64,000 bases of DNA from Abyssibacter sp. (GCA_023146115.1 JAGLCS010000086.1:50605-114604), one strand, 5' to 3'; counted from the first letter of the stretch, positions 1 to 10,649 are shown. Notes: generated from the letters alone by a model not told the origin. Made by a program: numbers and translations.

Positions 1-3000
1 ATGATGAATCGGGCCTGCACGGAGGTTTCCAGAATCATCGGGGCCAGACCCAGGAAGGTCGTCAGCGAGGTCAGCACGATTGGCCGGAATCGACGCTGGC
101 CGGCGCGGATGATGGCATCGCGCTTGCTCATGCCCTGCTCGCGATACTTGTTGGCCGCGTCGATTAGCACCAGCGAGTCGTTCACTACCACGCCAGATAG
201 CGCGACGATGCCGAACAGCGAGATGAAGCTCAGCTTGTAGCCCAGCAGCAGATGGCCCCAAATGGCACCGACGACCCCGAAGGGGATCGCCGACATCACA
301 ATCAGCGGTTGCAGGTAGCTGCGAAACGCCATCGCCAGAAGTACGAAGATGCCGATCAGCGCGAGTTGGAAACCGGTGAAGATCGCTGATTGCGACTCGG
401 CTTCATCGCGGTTGGCGCCCTCAAAGCTGTATTCCAGACCGTGGAAGTGCGACTGCAGGTCGGGCAACGCGGTCCGCGTGAGTTCGGCAATGACGGCGTT
501 GGTCTGCGTGACATTGGCGTCGACCTCGGCGGTGACATTCAGTACGCGTCGGCCCTGATCCCGCCGGATGGTCGTGTAGGCTCGACCGCGCTCCACGTTG
601 GCGACGTCAGACAGGGGTGCCAACCCGCCATTCGGTGTTCGGATCAACAGGTCCTCCAGTGTCGCCTCCTCCGCGCGTTCCTGCGTGGGCAGGCGCACCA
701 TCACCCGAACCTCATCGCGGCCCCGCTGCTGCCGCAGGGCTTCGGCACCGAAAAATGCACCGCGGATCTGGCGGCCGACCTCGCTGGACGTCAGGCCCAA
801 CGTTTTGCCTGCGGGCGTGAGCGTGACGTTCAGTTGTTCCTTGCCGCCCGAGTAGCCGTTGTTGATGTCGGAGATGCCGGCGAATCCGCGCAGTTCTTCG
901 GCCAGCGCATCGGCTGCGGACTCGAGCGTGTCGACGTCGTGGTGCTTGAGTTGCACGGTCAGGTCCGCGCCGGCGCCGGGTCCGGTGGTGTTCACGAACT
1001 GGGTGCGTTCCACGCCGGGAATCATCTGCACTTTCTCGCGCCAGTGGTCGGCGAATGCCTGGGTTTGCACATCGCGTTCGCTAGCCGGCGCCAGAGTCGC
1101 CTGCACACTGAGCAGATGACTCGATCCGAGCCCGTCGCCCGGCCGGTAAGCCTGTGACAGGTTGGGCTGATCGCCGAGCACGGTGATCACCGAATCGACG
1201 ATGCGTGCGTCGTCCGGATACTCGGCCAGCGTTTCGTTTAACGCGGCGACGGTCTGCGTCAGGGTGCTGCGGGTCAACTCGATGTTTGAGCCGTACGGCA
1301 CCTGCACGTTGGCGAAGATGAAATCGGCGTCGATATTCGGGAAGAACTCGGCCTTCACTCGGCCACCTGCCACCAGGCCGATCGTCGAGACGAAGACGGC
1401 GATTCCAGTGGCGATCGAGATCGTCCGGTGCATGGTCGCCCAGCGCACCGCTGGCGTGTAACGCTCCTCGATTATTCGCTCCATCCAGGCCGCTACACGG
1501 TGTTGAACGCGGACCAGAAATCCTTCGATGCCGTCGGTGCGGGGGTGTCGCGAATGCGCCAAGTGGCTGGGCAGAATCGCCAGCGATTCGACCAGCGACA
1601 TCAGCAGCACGCAGATGACAATGGCGGGCAGCACGCGGAAAAAGTTCCCGGCGGGACCAGGGACGAACAGCAACGGTGAAAACGCGACGATGGTTGTCAG
1701 CACGGCAAAGATGACCGGCGCGCCGACGCCGCGTACGCCGAGAACCGCCGCTTTGAGTCGGCCGTGGCCGAGTTCCCGTTGGTGGTAGATGTTTTCGCCG
1801 ACGATGATGGCGTCATCGACAACGATTCCCAGCGTCACGATAAAACCGAACAGCGAGATCATGTTGAAGCTGACGTCCATTGCTGGCATCAGCAGCATGG
1901 CGCCCAGGAACGAAATCGGAATCCCCAGCGTGACCCAGAACGCCAGCCGTGGTTCCAGGAACAGGGTGAGCAATACGATGACGAGCACGAAGCCAAGAAA
2001 GCCGTTGCGCAACAGAAGGTTGATGCGGTCTTCGTAGAACTCCGAGTCGTCGTAGACGGTGTCGGCGCGCAGCCCCTCCGGAAGCTGAGCGTTGAGTTCG
2101 CCCGCGTATGCGCGCACGGCCTCGGACACGCTGATCGGCGTCTGGTCGCCGACGCGGAAGATCTCCAGCATCACCGCCGGATCGTCGTTGAATCGGGTTT
2201 CCAGATAGGAGTTGTCGGAGAAGCCGTCGCTGATCGTGGCGATATCACCGAGCGTTAGCACCGTGCCTTCGGCGTTGGTCCGCAACGGAATGTCGCTGAA
2301 CTCGCGCGCGAAGTTGCGACGTTCATCCATCCGCACCAGCACCTCGCCACCTTCGGTGCGAATGGCGCCCCCCGGCAGCTCCACGGCATAGGCCTGGATA
2401 CGGTCGGCGACTTGCGGCAACGACAGCCCGTAGGCATGCAGGGCGCTGGACGGGATTTCGATGGAGATTTCCCGAGGCGGGGCGTTGGTCAGGTTGACTT
2501 CGGTGATGTCGGGACGGTTGAGCAGATCTGTTCGCGCGCGCTCCGCCAGGTCGCGCAGCGTGGCGTGGTTGGTGTTGCCATGCAGGACCAGCGTGATGAC
2601 CTTGGTTCTAATCGCCACCAAGCTGGTGATCGGACGTTCGGCGTCTTCCGGAAAGCTCGTGACCCGGTCCACTGCATTCTTGATGTCGGTTGCCACCTTG
2701 TCGGGGTCGTAGCCGCTCACGACCTCGGCGACGACGACACCGGCGCCCTCATAACTACTGGACTCGACGGTCTTCACACCGTCGATGCCACGCACCGCGT
2801 CCTCACTGGCGAGAATGACGCCTTGCTCGACTTCTTCAGGGCTGGCGCCGGGATAGGCGATATCGATCGTGACAATATCGGCATCGAATTCCGGGAAGAC
2901 CTCCTGCTTGACTCCGCTGCCGATGATCCAGCCGCCAATGAGCAACACCAGCATCAGCAGGTTGGCAGCCACTGGGTTGGCGGCGAGCCAGGCCAGTGGT

Positions 3001-3047
3001 CCGCGCAGCCATTCCGGCTTGCGCGATGGCGTTGAGGACGTGTTCAT
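1..3047 (-). CDS. RND multidrug/efflux permease (AcrB/AcrD/AcrF family); the C-terminal end lies beyond the left edge of the window
   Basis: This ORF is not in the track because it has no stop inside the window. Reverse translation from the ATG at 3047 gives MNTSSTPSRKPEWLRGPLAWLAANPVAANLLMLVLLIGGWIIGSGVKQEVFPEFDADIVTIDIAYPGASPEEVEQGV..., a typical RND N-terminus. Its ATG overlaps the stop of the upstream adaptor gene (ATGA). The + strand ORFs across 1-3035 are shadow frames. Confidence 0.88.
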   Translation of the reverse strand, partial: MNTSSTPSRKPEWLRGPLAWLAANPVAANLLMLVLLIGGWIIGSGVKQEVFPEFDADIVTIDIAYPGASPEEVEQGVILASEDAVRGIDGVKTVESSSYEGAGVVVAEVVSGYDPDKVATDIKNAVDRVTSFPEDAERPITSLVAIRTKVITLVLHGNTNHATLRDLAERARTDLLNRPDITEVNLTNAPPREISIEIPSSALHAYGLSLPQVADRIQAYAVELPGGAIRTEGGEVLVRMDERRNFAREFSDIPLRTNAEGTVLTLGDIATISDGFSDNSYLETRFNDDPAVMLEIFRVGDQTPISVSEAVRAYAGELNAQLPEGLRADTVYDDSEFYEDRINLLLRNGFLGFVLVIVLLTLFLEPRLAFWVTLGIPISFLGAMLLMPAMDVSFNMISLFGFIVTLGIVVDDAIIVGENIYHQRELGHGRLKAAVLGVRGVGAPVIFAVLTTIVAFSPLLFVPGPAGNFFRVLPAIVICVLLMSLVESLAILPSHLAHSRHPRTDGIEGFLVRVQHRVAAWMERIIEERYTPAVRWATMHRTISIATGIAVFVSTIGLVAGGRVKAEFFPNIDADFIFANVQVPYGSNIELTRSTLTQTVAALNETLAEYPDDARIVDSVITVLGDQPNLSQAYRPGDGLGSSHLLSVQATLAPASERDVQTQAFADHWREKVQMIPGVERTQFVNTTGPGAGADLTVQLKHHDVDTLESAADALAEELRGFAGISDINNGYSGGKEQLNVTLTPAGKTLGLTSSEVGRQIRGAFFGAEALRQQRGRDEVRVMVRLPTQERAEEATLEDLLIRTPNGGLAPLSDVANVERGRAYTTIRRDQGRRVLNVTAEVDANVTQTNAVIAELTRTALPDLQSHFHGLEYSFEGANRDEAESQSAIFTGFQLALIGIFVLLAMAFRSYLQPLIVMSAIPFGVVGAIWGHLLLGYKLSFISLFGIVALSGVVVNDSLVLIDAANKYREQGMSKRDAIIRAGQRRFRPIVLTSLTTFLGLAPMILETSVQARFI

Positions 3048-4228
3048 GGTCCGCCTGGTTCGCCGGATGGCGTTTGTTGCGGCGAGGCATCTTCGCCGGC
3101 GATGCGTACATGCATGCCCTCGACCGCTAGCGGAATGCGGGTTGTGAGAATCTGGTCGCCGTCATGCAGCCCGCCCGAGCCGTTGCGTACGTACACGGCA
3201 TCGTTGCCGCGCCAGGTAATGGTTAGCGACGCCTGTTCCAGCGTCTTGTCGTCGCGCACGCGCCACACGGCATTGGATTCGACCAGCGCAGCGCGCGGCA
3301 CCGCGATGGTGTCGCGCAGCTCGCGGCCGACCAGTTTGACATCGACAAAGGCGCCGACCAGCAAAGGCGTCGCTCCGCTCAGCGGGTCAGGTACTTCGAT
3401 CAACAAGAGGGCCATGCGCCCTTCGGGATCCAGTTCGCCCAGCACCCGGATCACCCGGCCCTCGCGGGTGCCGGACGTATTGGGCTGGCGAATCTCAGCC
3501 TGCGCACCCGGCGTGCCATCGTCTCCGGGCAGCTGCAACCATTGCAGCCGACCCACCGGCACGCTGGCCAGTACGTGGAACACATCGGCGCCCAACAGGC
3601 GACCGAGTTGCTGTCCGGAACCGATGACCTGCCCGGCCTCCACGGATTCAGACTGCACGACGCCGTCAAACGGCGCGGTAATGGCGCTGCGCTCCAGATT
3701 GAGCTGGGCATCGCGTAGCTGGGCTTCGGCCGATTGCACATTGGCGCGCGCGGCGGCTAGCTGCGGCTCGCGCTGGGCCAGCGCACCGTCGCTGTCGGCC
3801 TGATCAAACAAGCCCCACTCGCGTTTAGCGACCTGGACGCGGCCTTCCTCCAGCGACAGGTCGCTGCGGACCCGTGCGAGATTGGCGCGCGCCTGCGCCA
3901 CGGCCAGCTCAAAGCGCTCGGGCTCCAGCTCGATCAATGGATCGCCAGCCTTGACCCGACCGCCGGGAATGAAGTCGCCGGCGACGGATTCAACCCGCCC
4001 GCCGACTTCCGAGGTGATTTGCACGTCGCGGGCGGGCTGCACGGTGCCGGTGGCATCGATCAGCACCTGGACGGTGCCGGCAGTGAGTCGTGTGACCTCG
4101 ACCACCGGCTGCGCCGGGCCGGCATCGCTGCGGGCCGGCTTCGGCTTGGTCTTGACCAGCAGCATCAGGATCACGACCCCCAGGATCACGATGCCGAAGA
4201 ACGCTAAGACCTTGGTCCGTGGTTTCAT
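3044..4228 (-). CDS. Efflux RND periplasmic adaptor (membrane fusion protein, HlyD family)
   Basis: 394 aa with an N-terminal TM anchor and coiled-coil/barrel-sandwich-type sequence. It sits between the OMF and RND genes with 4-nt overlaps on both sides. Confidence 0.88.
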   Translation of the reverse strand: MKPRTKVLAFFGIVILGVVILMLLVKTKPKPARSDAGPAQPVVEVTRLTAGTVQVLIDATGTVQPARDVQITSEVGGRVESVAGDFIPGGRVKAGDPLIELEPERFELAVAQARANLARVRSDLSLEEGRVQVAKREWGLFDQADSDGALAQREPQLAAARANVQSAEAQLRDAQLNLERSAITAPFDGVVQSESVEAGQVIGSGQQLGRLLGADVFHVLASVPVGRLQWLQLPGDDGTPGAQAEIRQPNTSGTREGRVIRVLGELDPEGRMALLLIEVPDPLSGATPLLVGAFVDVKLVGRELRDTIAVPRAALVESNAVWRVRDDKTLEQASLTITWRGNDAVYVRNGSGGLHDGDQILTTRIPLAVEGMHVRIAGEDASPQQTPSGEPGGP

Positions 4229-5658
4229 CTAGATTCCCCGTCGCCGGTATCTACAACCGACCAGTCGCCGCCCAGAGCACGATGCAGCTGGACGCGGTAG
4301 GACAACAATTGGCGCTTGGCCGTCAGATAGGACTGCTCGTCAGCTTGCAGCGCGGTCAGAGCGGTGAGCACGGGCAGATAGTCCGACAAGCCGTTCTGGT
4401 ACCGATCGCGCGAGGCCTCCAGCAGCGAGCGGCTTGCGGCGACACGGCGCTCCAGCGCGTCGACATGCCGACGTTGCGCACGCTCCTGCAGCAAGGCGTT
4501 TTCCACCTCCGCCATCGCCTCCAGCAAGCTTTGCTCGTATTGTGCGAGCGCCTCGCGTAGCACGGCATCGGAGCGGCGCACCTCGGCGGCGCGGCGCCCG
4601 GCGTCGAAGATCGGTCCGACGATGCCGGCCGCCACACTCCAGACCAGATCATCAAACAATGATTCGGTGGATTGCGACTGATAGCCGCCGTCGGCAGTCA
4701 GGCGCAGGCCAGGCAAGCGGTCCGCAACGGCAATCCCCACCCGGTGATCTGCAGACAACACCCGGCGATAGGCTGCCATCACATCCGGGCGATGCAGCAG
4801 CAGATCGGCCGGCAGGCCGGCAGCGGGTGGCGGTGGGAGTTGCGGCAGGCTGCCTGGAATCGTGATCTGCAGCTTGCCGGGGGGATGCCCTGCCAACACC
4901 GCCAACTGGTTGCGCAGCACGCCAGCCTGCGCCGTCAGCAGCGGGGCCTGGCTTTGTACGCCGGCCACTTGCTGCTCCTGCTGCCGAATGCCGACGATGG
5001 AACCCGATCCGTATTCGAAGCGCAGGCGGGTCAGCTCCAGGTAGCGCGTGTTCAGCTCGGCCTGGGACTGCGTCAGGGTCAATCGCGCTTCCGTTTCGAT
5101 CAGGCTCAACCAGGTTTCGGTGACCTGTGCGGCGATGCTGTGTGCCGCAGCCGTGGCATCCAGCGCCGCGGCCTGCGCATCCAGGCGGGCCGCCGTGCGG
5201 CCGTGGCGGACCCGGCCCCATAGGTCGACCTCGTAGGCCGCGCTCGCCGACAGGCTGTACTGGTTGTTGATGGTCTGCACCCGCTGATCGCCGATGAAGA
5301 TCACGTTCTTGCCGCGGCTGGCACGCCCGGAGAGTTCCAACGACGGATAAAGCGCGGCCGTTTGCTGGCGGAGTATGGCGGTGGACTGATCCAGTCGCGC
5401 CAGTGCCGCCTGCAGTTGCCGGTTGCGGACCAGGGCGTCGGCCATCAGCGCGTTCAGACCGGCCTGCTGGAATCGCATCCACCAGCGCGGATCGCCGGAG
5501 GTCTCAGCGGCGTCGGTCGGCGTCGTCCACTGCGCCGGCAGCGTGATGCTGTCGGTCGGTCCGCGTTCGACCTGATGCACGCAGGCGGGTAACGCGGACG
5601 CGCACAACAGTATCGCTGCGGAACGGCCGAATCCGCGGGCATGTCGAGATCTGGGCAT
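4225..5658 (-). CDS. Efflux outer-membrane factor lipoprotein, NodT family
   Basis: 477 aa. Lipobox LLCASALPAC, OMF-type repeat sequence, and first gene of the OMF-MFP-RND operon. Confidence 0.88.
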   Translation of the reverse strand: MPRSRHARGFGRSAAILLCASALPACVHQVERGPTDSITLPAQWTTPTDAAETSGDPRWWMRFQQAGLNALMADALVRNRQLQAALARLDQSTAILRQQTAALYPSLELSGRASRGKNVIFIGDQRVQTINNQYSLSASAAYEVDLWGRVRHGRTAARLDAQAAALDATAAAHSIAAQVTETWLSLIETEARLTLTQSQAELNTRYLELTRLRFEYGSGSIVGIRQQEQQVAGVQSQAPLLTAQAGVLRNQLAVLAGHPPGKLQITIPGSLPQLPPPPAAGLPADLLLHRPDVMAAYRRVLSADHRVGIAVADRLPGLRLTADGGYQSQSTESLFDDLVWSVAAGIVGPIFDAGRRAAEVRRSDAVLREALAQYEQSLLEAMAEVENALLQERAQRRHVDALERRVAASRSLLEASRDRYQNGLSDYLPVLTALTALQADEQSYLTAKRQLLSYRVQLHRALGGDWSVVDTGDGESR

Positions 5659-5698
5659 ACCGCCTAGTATCTCACTTTGTCTTCGTGTTTGGGGGGTG

Positions 5699-6736
5699 TT
5701 AACCCGGTGGGTTGGCCGCCTGATCCGGCGCTTCGGTGGGAGCCTTCAGGCGCGCTTCGAGGTCGGCGATTTGCTGTTCCAATGCGGCCCGTTCCGGGTT
5801 GTCCGCTGCAGCATCCAGGCTGGTCAGGCGTTGACGGGCCTGCTCCAGCGCTTCGGCGTCATCCGCCTTGTCGAACACCTTGGCCTCCGGGGCATCGGCA
5901 TCGGGCAAGGCCGCGCCGCTGTCATCCAGCAGGTGCCGCGTGTTCGGGATGATGGCGGCATCCGGCTGCAGCTGGCGTTGCAGCATCAGGGTTGGCGAAG
6001 CGATCTCGAAGCCGCGTCCATGCAGCGCATCCATCATCGCCTTGCGAAGATTCGAACGCACGGTGAGCAAGTGCTTCACCTCCTCCAGCGAACCGGCAAG
6101 ACGGTACAGCACGGAAAAGTCCTGCAGCGAAACGACCTGGACGAACGGGTCTTTCAGTCCGACTTGTTCCGCAGCCTCGGATAATGCGGCCTCGACATCG
6201 GCCCGGTGAATGTCATAGCCGAGTGATACCTGTGCCGACACCAGGGTGCCGGCCCGATGCACGACGGTCAGCGGGTGGGTGATCAGCAGCAGGTTGGGGA
6301 AGGTGGTGAGGTCCCGGTCCTCGGTCTGAATCTCCACATGAAACAGGCCACGTTCGGTCACCCGCCCGAACTGATCCTGCAGGCGGATGAAATCGCCTGG
6401 CCGAAACTGGCCCACAACTCGCAGCATCACGCCAGCCATGGCGTTGGCTACGAAGGTCGTTGAAGACAGGCCGATCACGCCGGTGAGCAGCACGCCGAGA
6501 AAGCTCAGCACCTGACCGCGCAACGTGTCGGAGATGGGCAGCGCCAGAATCAACACCAGCAGCCCCACCAGGGTGACACCGGCGAGGATTAACTGCCGGG
6601 GCAGCCTGGCCTCGTTGCCTAGTTCCTTACGCCTGGCCAGCAACCACCAATGCAGGCAGGTCAGCGTCACGACAATCATCGCGATCACGATCAGCGCCGG
6701 CACGAAACCGCCCAACAGTTCTGTCAGCCAAGCCAA
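5699..6736 (-). CDS. Mechanosensitive ion channel family protein (MscS-like)
   Basis: 345 aa with three N-terminal TM helices, then an MscS-type beta domain (GDFIRLQDQFGRVTERGLFHVEIQTEDRDLTTFPN) and an acidic coiled C-terminal tail. Confidence 0.82.
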   Translation of the reverse strand: MAWLTELLGGFVPALIVIAMIVVTLTCLHWWLLARRKELGNEARLPRQLILAGVTLVGLLVLILALPISDTLRGQVLSFLGVLLTGVIGLSSTTFVANAMAGVMLRVVGQFRPGDFIRLQDQFGRVTERGLFHVEIQTEDRDLTTFPNLLLITHPLTVVHRAGTLVSAQVSLGYDIHRADVEAALSEAAEQVGLKDPFVQVVSLQDFSVLYRLAGSLEEVKHLLTVRSNLRKAMMDALHGRGFEIASPTLMLQRQLQPDAAIIPNTRHLLDDSGAALPDADAPEAKVFDKADDAEALEQARQRLTSLDAAADNPERAALEQQIADLEARLKAPTEAPDQAANPPG

Positions 6737-6850
6737 GGAGTTCCCCTTTTTGAGCGACGGACGATGTGGCAGGCCGAGTATGGCTGGGCATCATCCGCGT
6801 TTCATTCAAGCTCATTATCCTTGAATGATCACACTTGGACGACTGGAACG

Positions 6851-8488
6851 ATGGCACCTCCGAATCGACGTGATGTACTGCAGGCTGGCGCCGCCCTCGC
6901 CGCCGCCAGTCTGCTGCCGGGCTGCGGACAGTCTGATGTCCCCCGGGCTGGCGAGCCGGGGGATGGTCCACCGACGATGTCAGGCTTTCTGCACGGCGTT
7001 GCATCGGGTGATCCGCTCGCCGATCGCCTGATGCTGTGGACGCGCGTGACAACAGAGTCCGCAACGGACCTCGTGACCGTGGCCTGGGCCGTGTACGAGG
7101 ACGCAGGCCTAACCCGTCCCGTGACCGGCGGCGACGTGGTGACCGATGGCGAGCGGGATTTCACCGTCAAGGTCGACGTCGATGGCCTGCAGCCCGGTCA
7201 GGCCTACTGGTATCAGTTCGCGGTGGGTGACGCCCTGTCACCGGTTGGCCGTGGCAAGACCCTGCCGGCTGGTTCGCCCGAGCGCGTGCGCCTGGGCGTG
7301 GCGACCTGCGGTGACTATTCGCGTGGCCTCTGGAATGCCTACGCGCGTCTGGCCGAGCGCGACGATATCGACCTGTTCCTGCATCTGGGGGACTACATCT
7401 ACGAGACCGACCGGGACGCGGTGCGCGCGCATGTGCCACCCATTGATGTCGTGACCGTGGATGACTACCGCGCCCGCTACGCCAGCTATCGGCGTGAACC
7501 GGAACTTCAGGCCCTGCATGCCGCGCATCCGATGATCTGGGTCTGGGATGATCACGAGACGGTGGACGGCACCTGGAGCGGCGGCGCCGACCCCAACGAC
7601 CATGATCCCCAGATTCATGGGCCGATCGAGGTCCGCCAAGCGAATGCCTTGCAGGCGGCGCTGGAGTGGCTGCCCATCCGGTCCCCGGACCCGGCCACGC
7701 CGGAACGCATCTATCGGAACTTCGCCTTCGGGGATCTGATCGACCTGTTCATGCTCGATACCCGGCGCATCGGTCGTGACGAAGTGTTGCCTGGCAACCT
7801 GGGCCTGGGTGACTTTTTCACCCAGAGCGGTGACTTTGCTGATCCAGGCCGGCAGATGCTGGGAGCCGAGCAGGAGCAATGGCTGATCGACGGCCTGCAA
7901 GGTTCGGCCGCGCACTGGCGGCTGCTGGGGAACCAGGTCGTGATGTCGCCGCTGAAACTGCTCGGAGCGCCGGCAGCGGCGGGTGCCAGCATCTTCGCCA
8001 ATCCGGACCAGTGGGATGGCTACGCGCCTGCCCGTGACCGCCTGTTCGATGCGATCGAGCAGGGCGGCGTGGACAACATCGTCGTGCTCACCGGCGACGT
8101 GCATGCGTCGATCGTTTTCGAGGTCACGCGAGACCCCAATAATCCGCTGGTCTACGACCCGTTAACCGGCCGCGGGGTGGTCGCCGCCGAATTCGTTGCG
8201 CCGTCCATCAGTTCCGCCGGTGACCCGCAGGCGTTGGGGCCGGATACCAGCACCGGGGACCTCGAGGACATACTGCTGACCCGAGGGGGTGGCGCATTGC
8301 TCGCGGTCAACATTCACGGCCGCTACTTCGAAGGTACGCGCAACGGGTATCTGGTGGTGGATGTCGACCGCACCCGCACGCAGGTCGAGTACTGGACGGT
8401 TCCGACGGTGACTGCCCTGACCGACGAACAGTCCCTCGACGCCACCTTTGTGGTGGCGTCGGGAGACCCCAGGGTGACGCAGGCCTGA
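6851..8488 (+). CDS. phoD: Alkaline phosphatase D family protein (PhoD-like, Tat-exported)
   Basis: The start is re-called at M68 of track ORF 6650..8488. Twin-arginine signal MAPPNRRDVLQAGAALAAASLLPGCG. Metallophosphatase motifs HLGDYIYE and WDDHE. Confidence 0.85.
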   Translation: MAPPNRRDVLQAGAALAAASLLPGCGQSDVPRAGEPGDGPPTMSGFLHGVASGDPLADRLMLWTRVTTESATDLVTVAWAVYEDAGLTRPVTGGDVVTDGERDFTVKVDVDGLQPGQAYWYQFAVGDALSPVGRGKTLPAGSPERVRLGVATCGDYSRGLWNAYARLAERDDIDLFLHLGDYIYETDRDAVRAHVPPIDVVTVDDYRARYASYRREPELQALHAAHPMIWVWDDHETVDGTWSGGADPNDHDPQIHGPIEVRQANALQAALEWLPIRSPDPATPERIYRNFAFGDLIDLFMLDTRRIGRDEVLPGNLGLGDFFTQSGDFADPGRQMLGAEQEQWLIDGLQGSAAHWRLLGNQVVMSPLKLLGAPAAAGASIFANPDQWDGYAPARDRLFDAIEQGGVDNIVVLTGDVHASIVFEVTRDPNNPLVYDPLTGRGVVAAEFVAPSISSAGDPQALGPDTSTGDLEDILLTRGGGALLAVNIHGRYFEGTRNGYLVVDVDRTRTQVEYWTVPTVTALTDEQSLDATFVVASGDPRVTQA

Positions 8489-8507
8489 GCCGCATGACGC
8501 AGATGCG

Positions 8508-10487
8508 TCAATTCGTGGCTGAGTCGCCGGTCGCCAGGTGCTTGTCGAGAAATGCGGCGAGTGCGTTGTAGAAGTCCGTCCGGTTCGTCACGTCGCGGAA
8601 CCCATGGCCTTCTCGGTCACGGACAAACCATTCGTACGGAATGTCTCTTTTCTTCAATGCCTTACGTAGCGTTTTTGCATCTTTGTAGGGCGTGCGGGCG
8701 TCGTTGATGCCATGCACGATGAACACAGGTGCTTTTAGCGCGTCGATGTAGGTCATCGGTGAGTGTTTCAGCAGTTCATCGTCAGAGTCGCCCACATAGT
8801 CGTCGATATAGTTCCGACCACGGCTGAATTGCCCGGTGTCAGACTTTCTGTTGAGCGTCCGAAGGTCGTAGATGCCAGCGTATGCGACCACGCACTGGTA
8901 CAGGTCTGGCTCGCGTACGGCACTCATCAACGATGAGTAGCCTCCGTAGCTGGCGCCGAAAATGCAGAGGTTGTCCTTGCGGGTCACGCCCGATTCGATC
9001 GCCCACTGAGCGCCGTCGGTAATGTCGTTAATCATCTCCGTGCCCCACTTGCGGATGCCCAGGTCACGGAACGATTGCCCGTAACCGCCGGAGCCTCGAA
9101 AGTTCACCTGCAGGACCGCGTAGCCGCGACTGGCCAGGAATTGGGCATCGGGATCCCAGCGCCATCCATCGCGAATTCCGAATGGTCCGCCATGCGGGAG
9201 AACCACCAGGGGCCAGGGCTGTTCCGCGCCGGGCGGGACCGTCAGATAGCCGTGAATCGGCGTTCCATCACGCGCCTCGTACTGGATCGGCCGGCGTTCT
9301 GCCATTTGCTGTGGATCGATCCACTGGCGGCGGGAGAACAAGTAACGCGCCTGTTTCTCGCTTCGGTTGAACAGGTAGTACGCGCCAGGATTCCGATCGC
9401 TGGACACGTAGAGGATGAACAGATTGCCATCGTCCGACCATGACGTGGCCCGCACCAGTGCGTTATCGAACCGTTGCGCAATCGCCTCGAGGAGACTGCC
9501 TTCTTCCAGGTCCGGGGCGAGGTTGACAGATTCGAATCGCCCGTTCTGGAAATGAGCCCGGATTGGGCGCGTGCGTTTTGCGTTGAAGTCGAGCGAATGG
9601 ATATCCACGGTGTCGTGGCAGATGACCTCATCTACCTCATCAGACGCGAACGTGGTGCGGTAAAGGCAGCGTAGACCGTTTTCGCCGACCGCGGTCAGGT
9701 AGACCCGATTGGAGTCCGGATCATACGACACGGGGGATGCGTCCTGAATTCCGTTGAACTCGACCTGACTCCAGCTTCGTTCGTTCGACTCGTAGGTGTA
9801 AAAGCGAACGCCCACGAGGTTTTCCGTCTCACCGACAAAGTAGCGAATCCCACCCTGTGCGTCGGTGACAAACGATCCGCTCCCGAGTTGCGGTGCGCGA
9901 ATAATGCGTTTCCTGCGGCCACTGTCGGTATCCAGTTCGTACAAAGACCAGTGACAGAGTTCGCCCGACGCCCAGGCGCAGGCCGACACCAAGACCTTGT
10001 TCGGATCATCCTCCAGCGCATTGTTCAGGTAGCTCCAGCCCAGGTAGACGGTGCCAGGGATCTTGCTGGTATCGGGTCGACCCTTGTATCCCATCAGGTA
10101 GCGCAAATCACCGCCCGAGGCGCCGAACGATACGATTTCACCGTAATTGATCGGCTGCTCGGCCTGGTACTCCTGATATCCCACTCCGGATACGAGCTTG
10201 TCGTCTCCGACCCACTCGACATCAAAGATGTGCATGTCCTTGTCGAGCTGGCTAGCGGTCACCAACTCCAGGGTGTCCGTGCGGAGCACTGCCATGCCGG
10301 TCGTATCGCCCCTAGGCATCGTGACCGCGATGTGCTCGCCGTTGGGCGATAGCTGAACACTGTGAAATTCTGAGAATTTCGAAAAGAATTCCGTCGGGAG
10401 AACCTCGGCGGCGTGAATCGGTAATGTGGAGAGCAGGGCGACCGTGCCAAGGGAGATGCCTGCGAAGCGAGCTTTGAAATTATTCAT
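8508..10487 (-). CDS. Secreted S9 family serine peptidase (prolyl oligopeptidase / dipeptidyl aminopeptidase type)
   Basis: 659 aa. Signal peptide ending IHAAEV, an N-terminal propeller-like region and a C-terminal alpha/beta hydrolase domain with GASYGGY (Ser), HGINDARTP (Asp) and EGHGF (His). Confidence 0.85.
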   Translation of the reverse strand: MNNFKARFAGISLGTVALLSTLPIHAAEVLPTEFFSKFSEFHSVQLSPNGEHIAVTMPRGDTTGMAVLRTDTLELVTASQLDKDMHIFDVEWVGDDKLVSGVGYQEYQAEQPINYGEIVSFGASGGDLRYLMGYKGRPDTSKIPGTVYLGWSYLNNALEDDPNKVLVSACAWASGELCHWSLYELDTDSGRRKRIIRAPQLGSGSFVTDAQGGIRYFVGETENLVGVRFYTYESNERSWSQVEFNGIQDASPVSYDPDSNRVYLTAVGENGLRCLYRTTFASDEVDEVICHDTVDIHSLDFNAKRTRPIRAHFQNGRFESVNLAPDLEEGSLLEAIAQRFDNALVRATSWSDDGNLFILYVSSDRNPGAYYLFNRSEKQARYLFSRRQWIDPQQMAERRPIQYEARDGTPIHGYLTVPPGAEQPWPLVVLPHGGPFGIRDGWRWDPDAQFLASRGYAVLQVNFRGSGGYGQSFRDLGIRKWGTEMINDITDGAQWAIESGVTRKDNLCIFGASYGGYSSLMSAVREPDLYQCVVAYAGIYDLRTLNRKSDTGQFSRGRNYIDDYVGDSDDELLKHSPMTYIDALKAPVFIVHGINDARTPYKDAKTLRKALKKRDIPYEWFVRDREGHGFRDVTNRTDFYNALAAFLDKHLATGDSATN

Positions 10488-10649
10488 GGTGCAATCGGAG
10501 TCGTGTTTGTGAGTGCCGGCCCGCTCATGCAGCAGCTTCGCTGTTGCGGCGAGACAGTACGCTGGCAGCGCCCCGACTCGGTGAAGTGGGACGCTTCAGA
10601 ATAAGAAACGTAAAACGTCAATCAATCCGGACATCCGATTCAAGAACCG

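Noticed and set aside
390-3035. Several + strand ORFs of 80-255 aa across the first 3 kb (for example 390..1157, 1764..2258 and 2412..3035)
   Set aside because: They lie antisense to a continuous minus-strand frame that translates into an unmistakable RND permease from the ATG at 3047. Their Arg/Gly/Ala/His-rich composition is typical of high-GC shadow frames.
6799-6817. A possible Pho box upstream of the first phoD (GTTTCAT TCAA GCTCAT)
   Set aside because: The half-site identity is poor and the period is 10 bp instead of 11 bp. Only the overlapping inverted repeat is reported as a finding.
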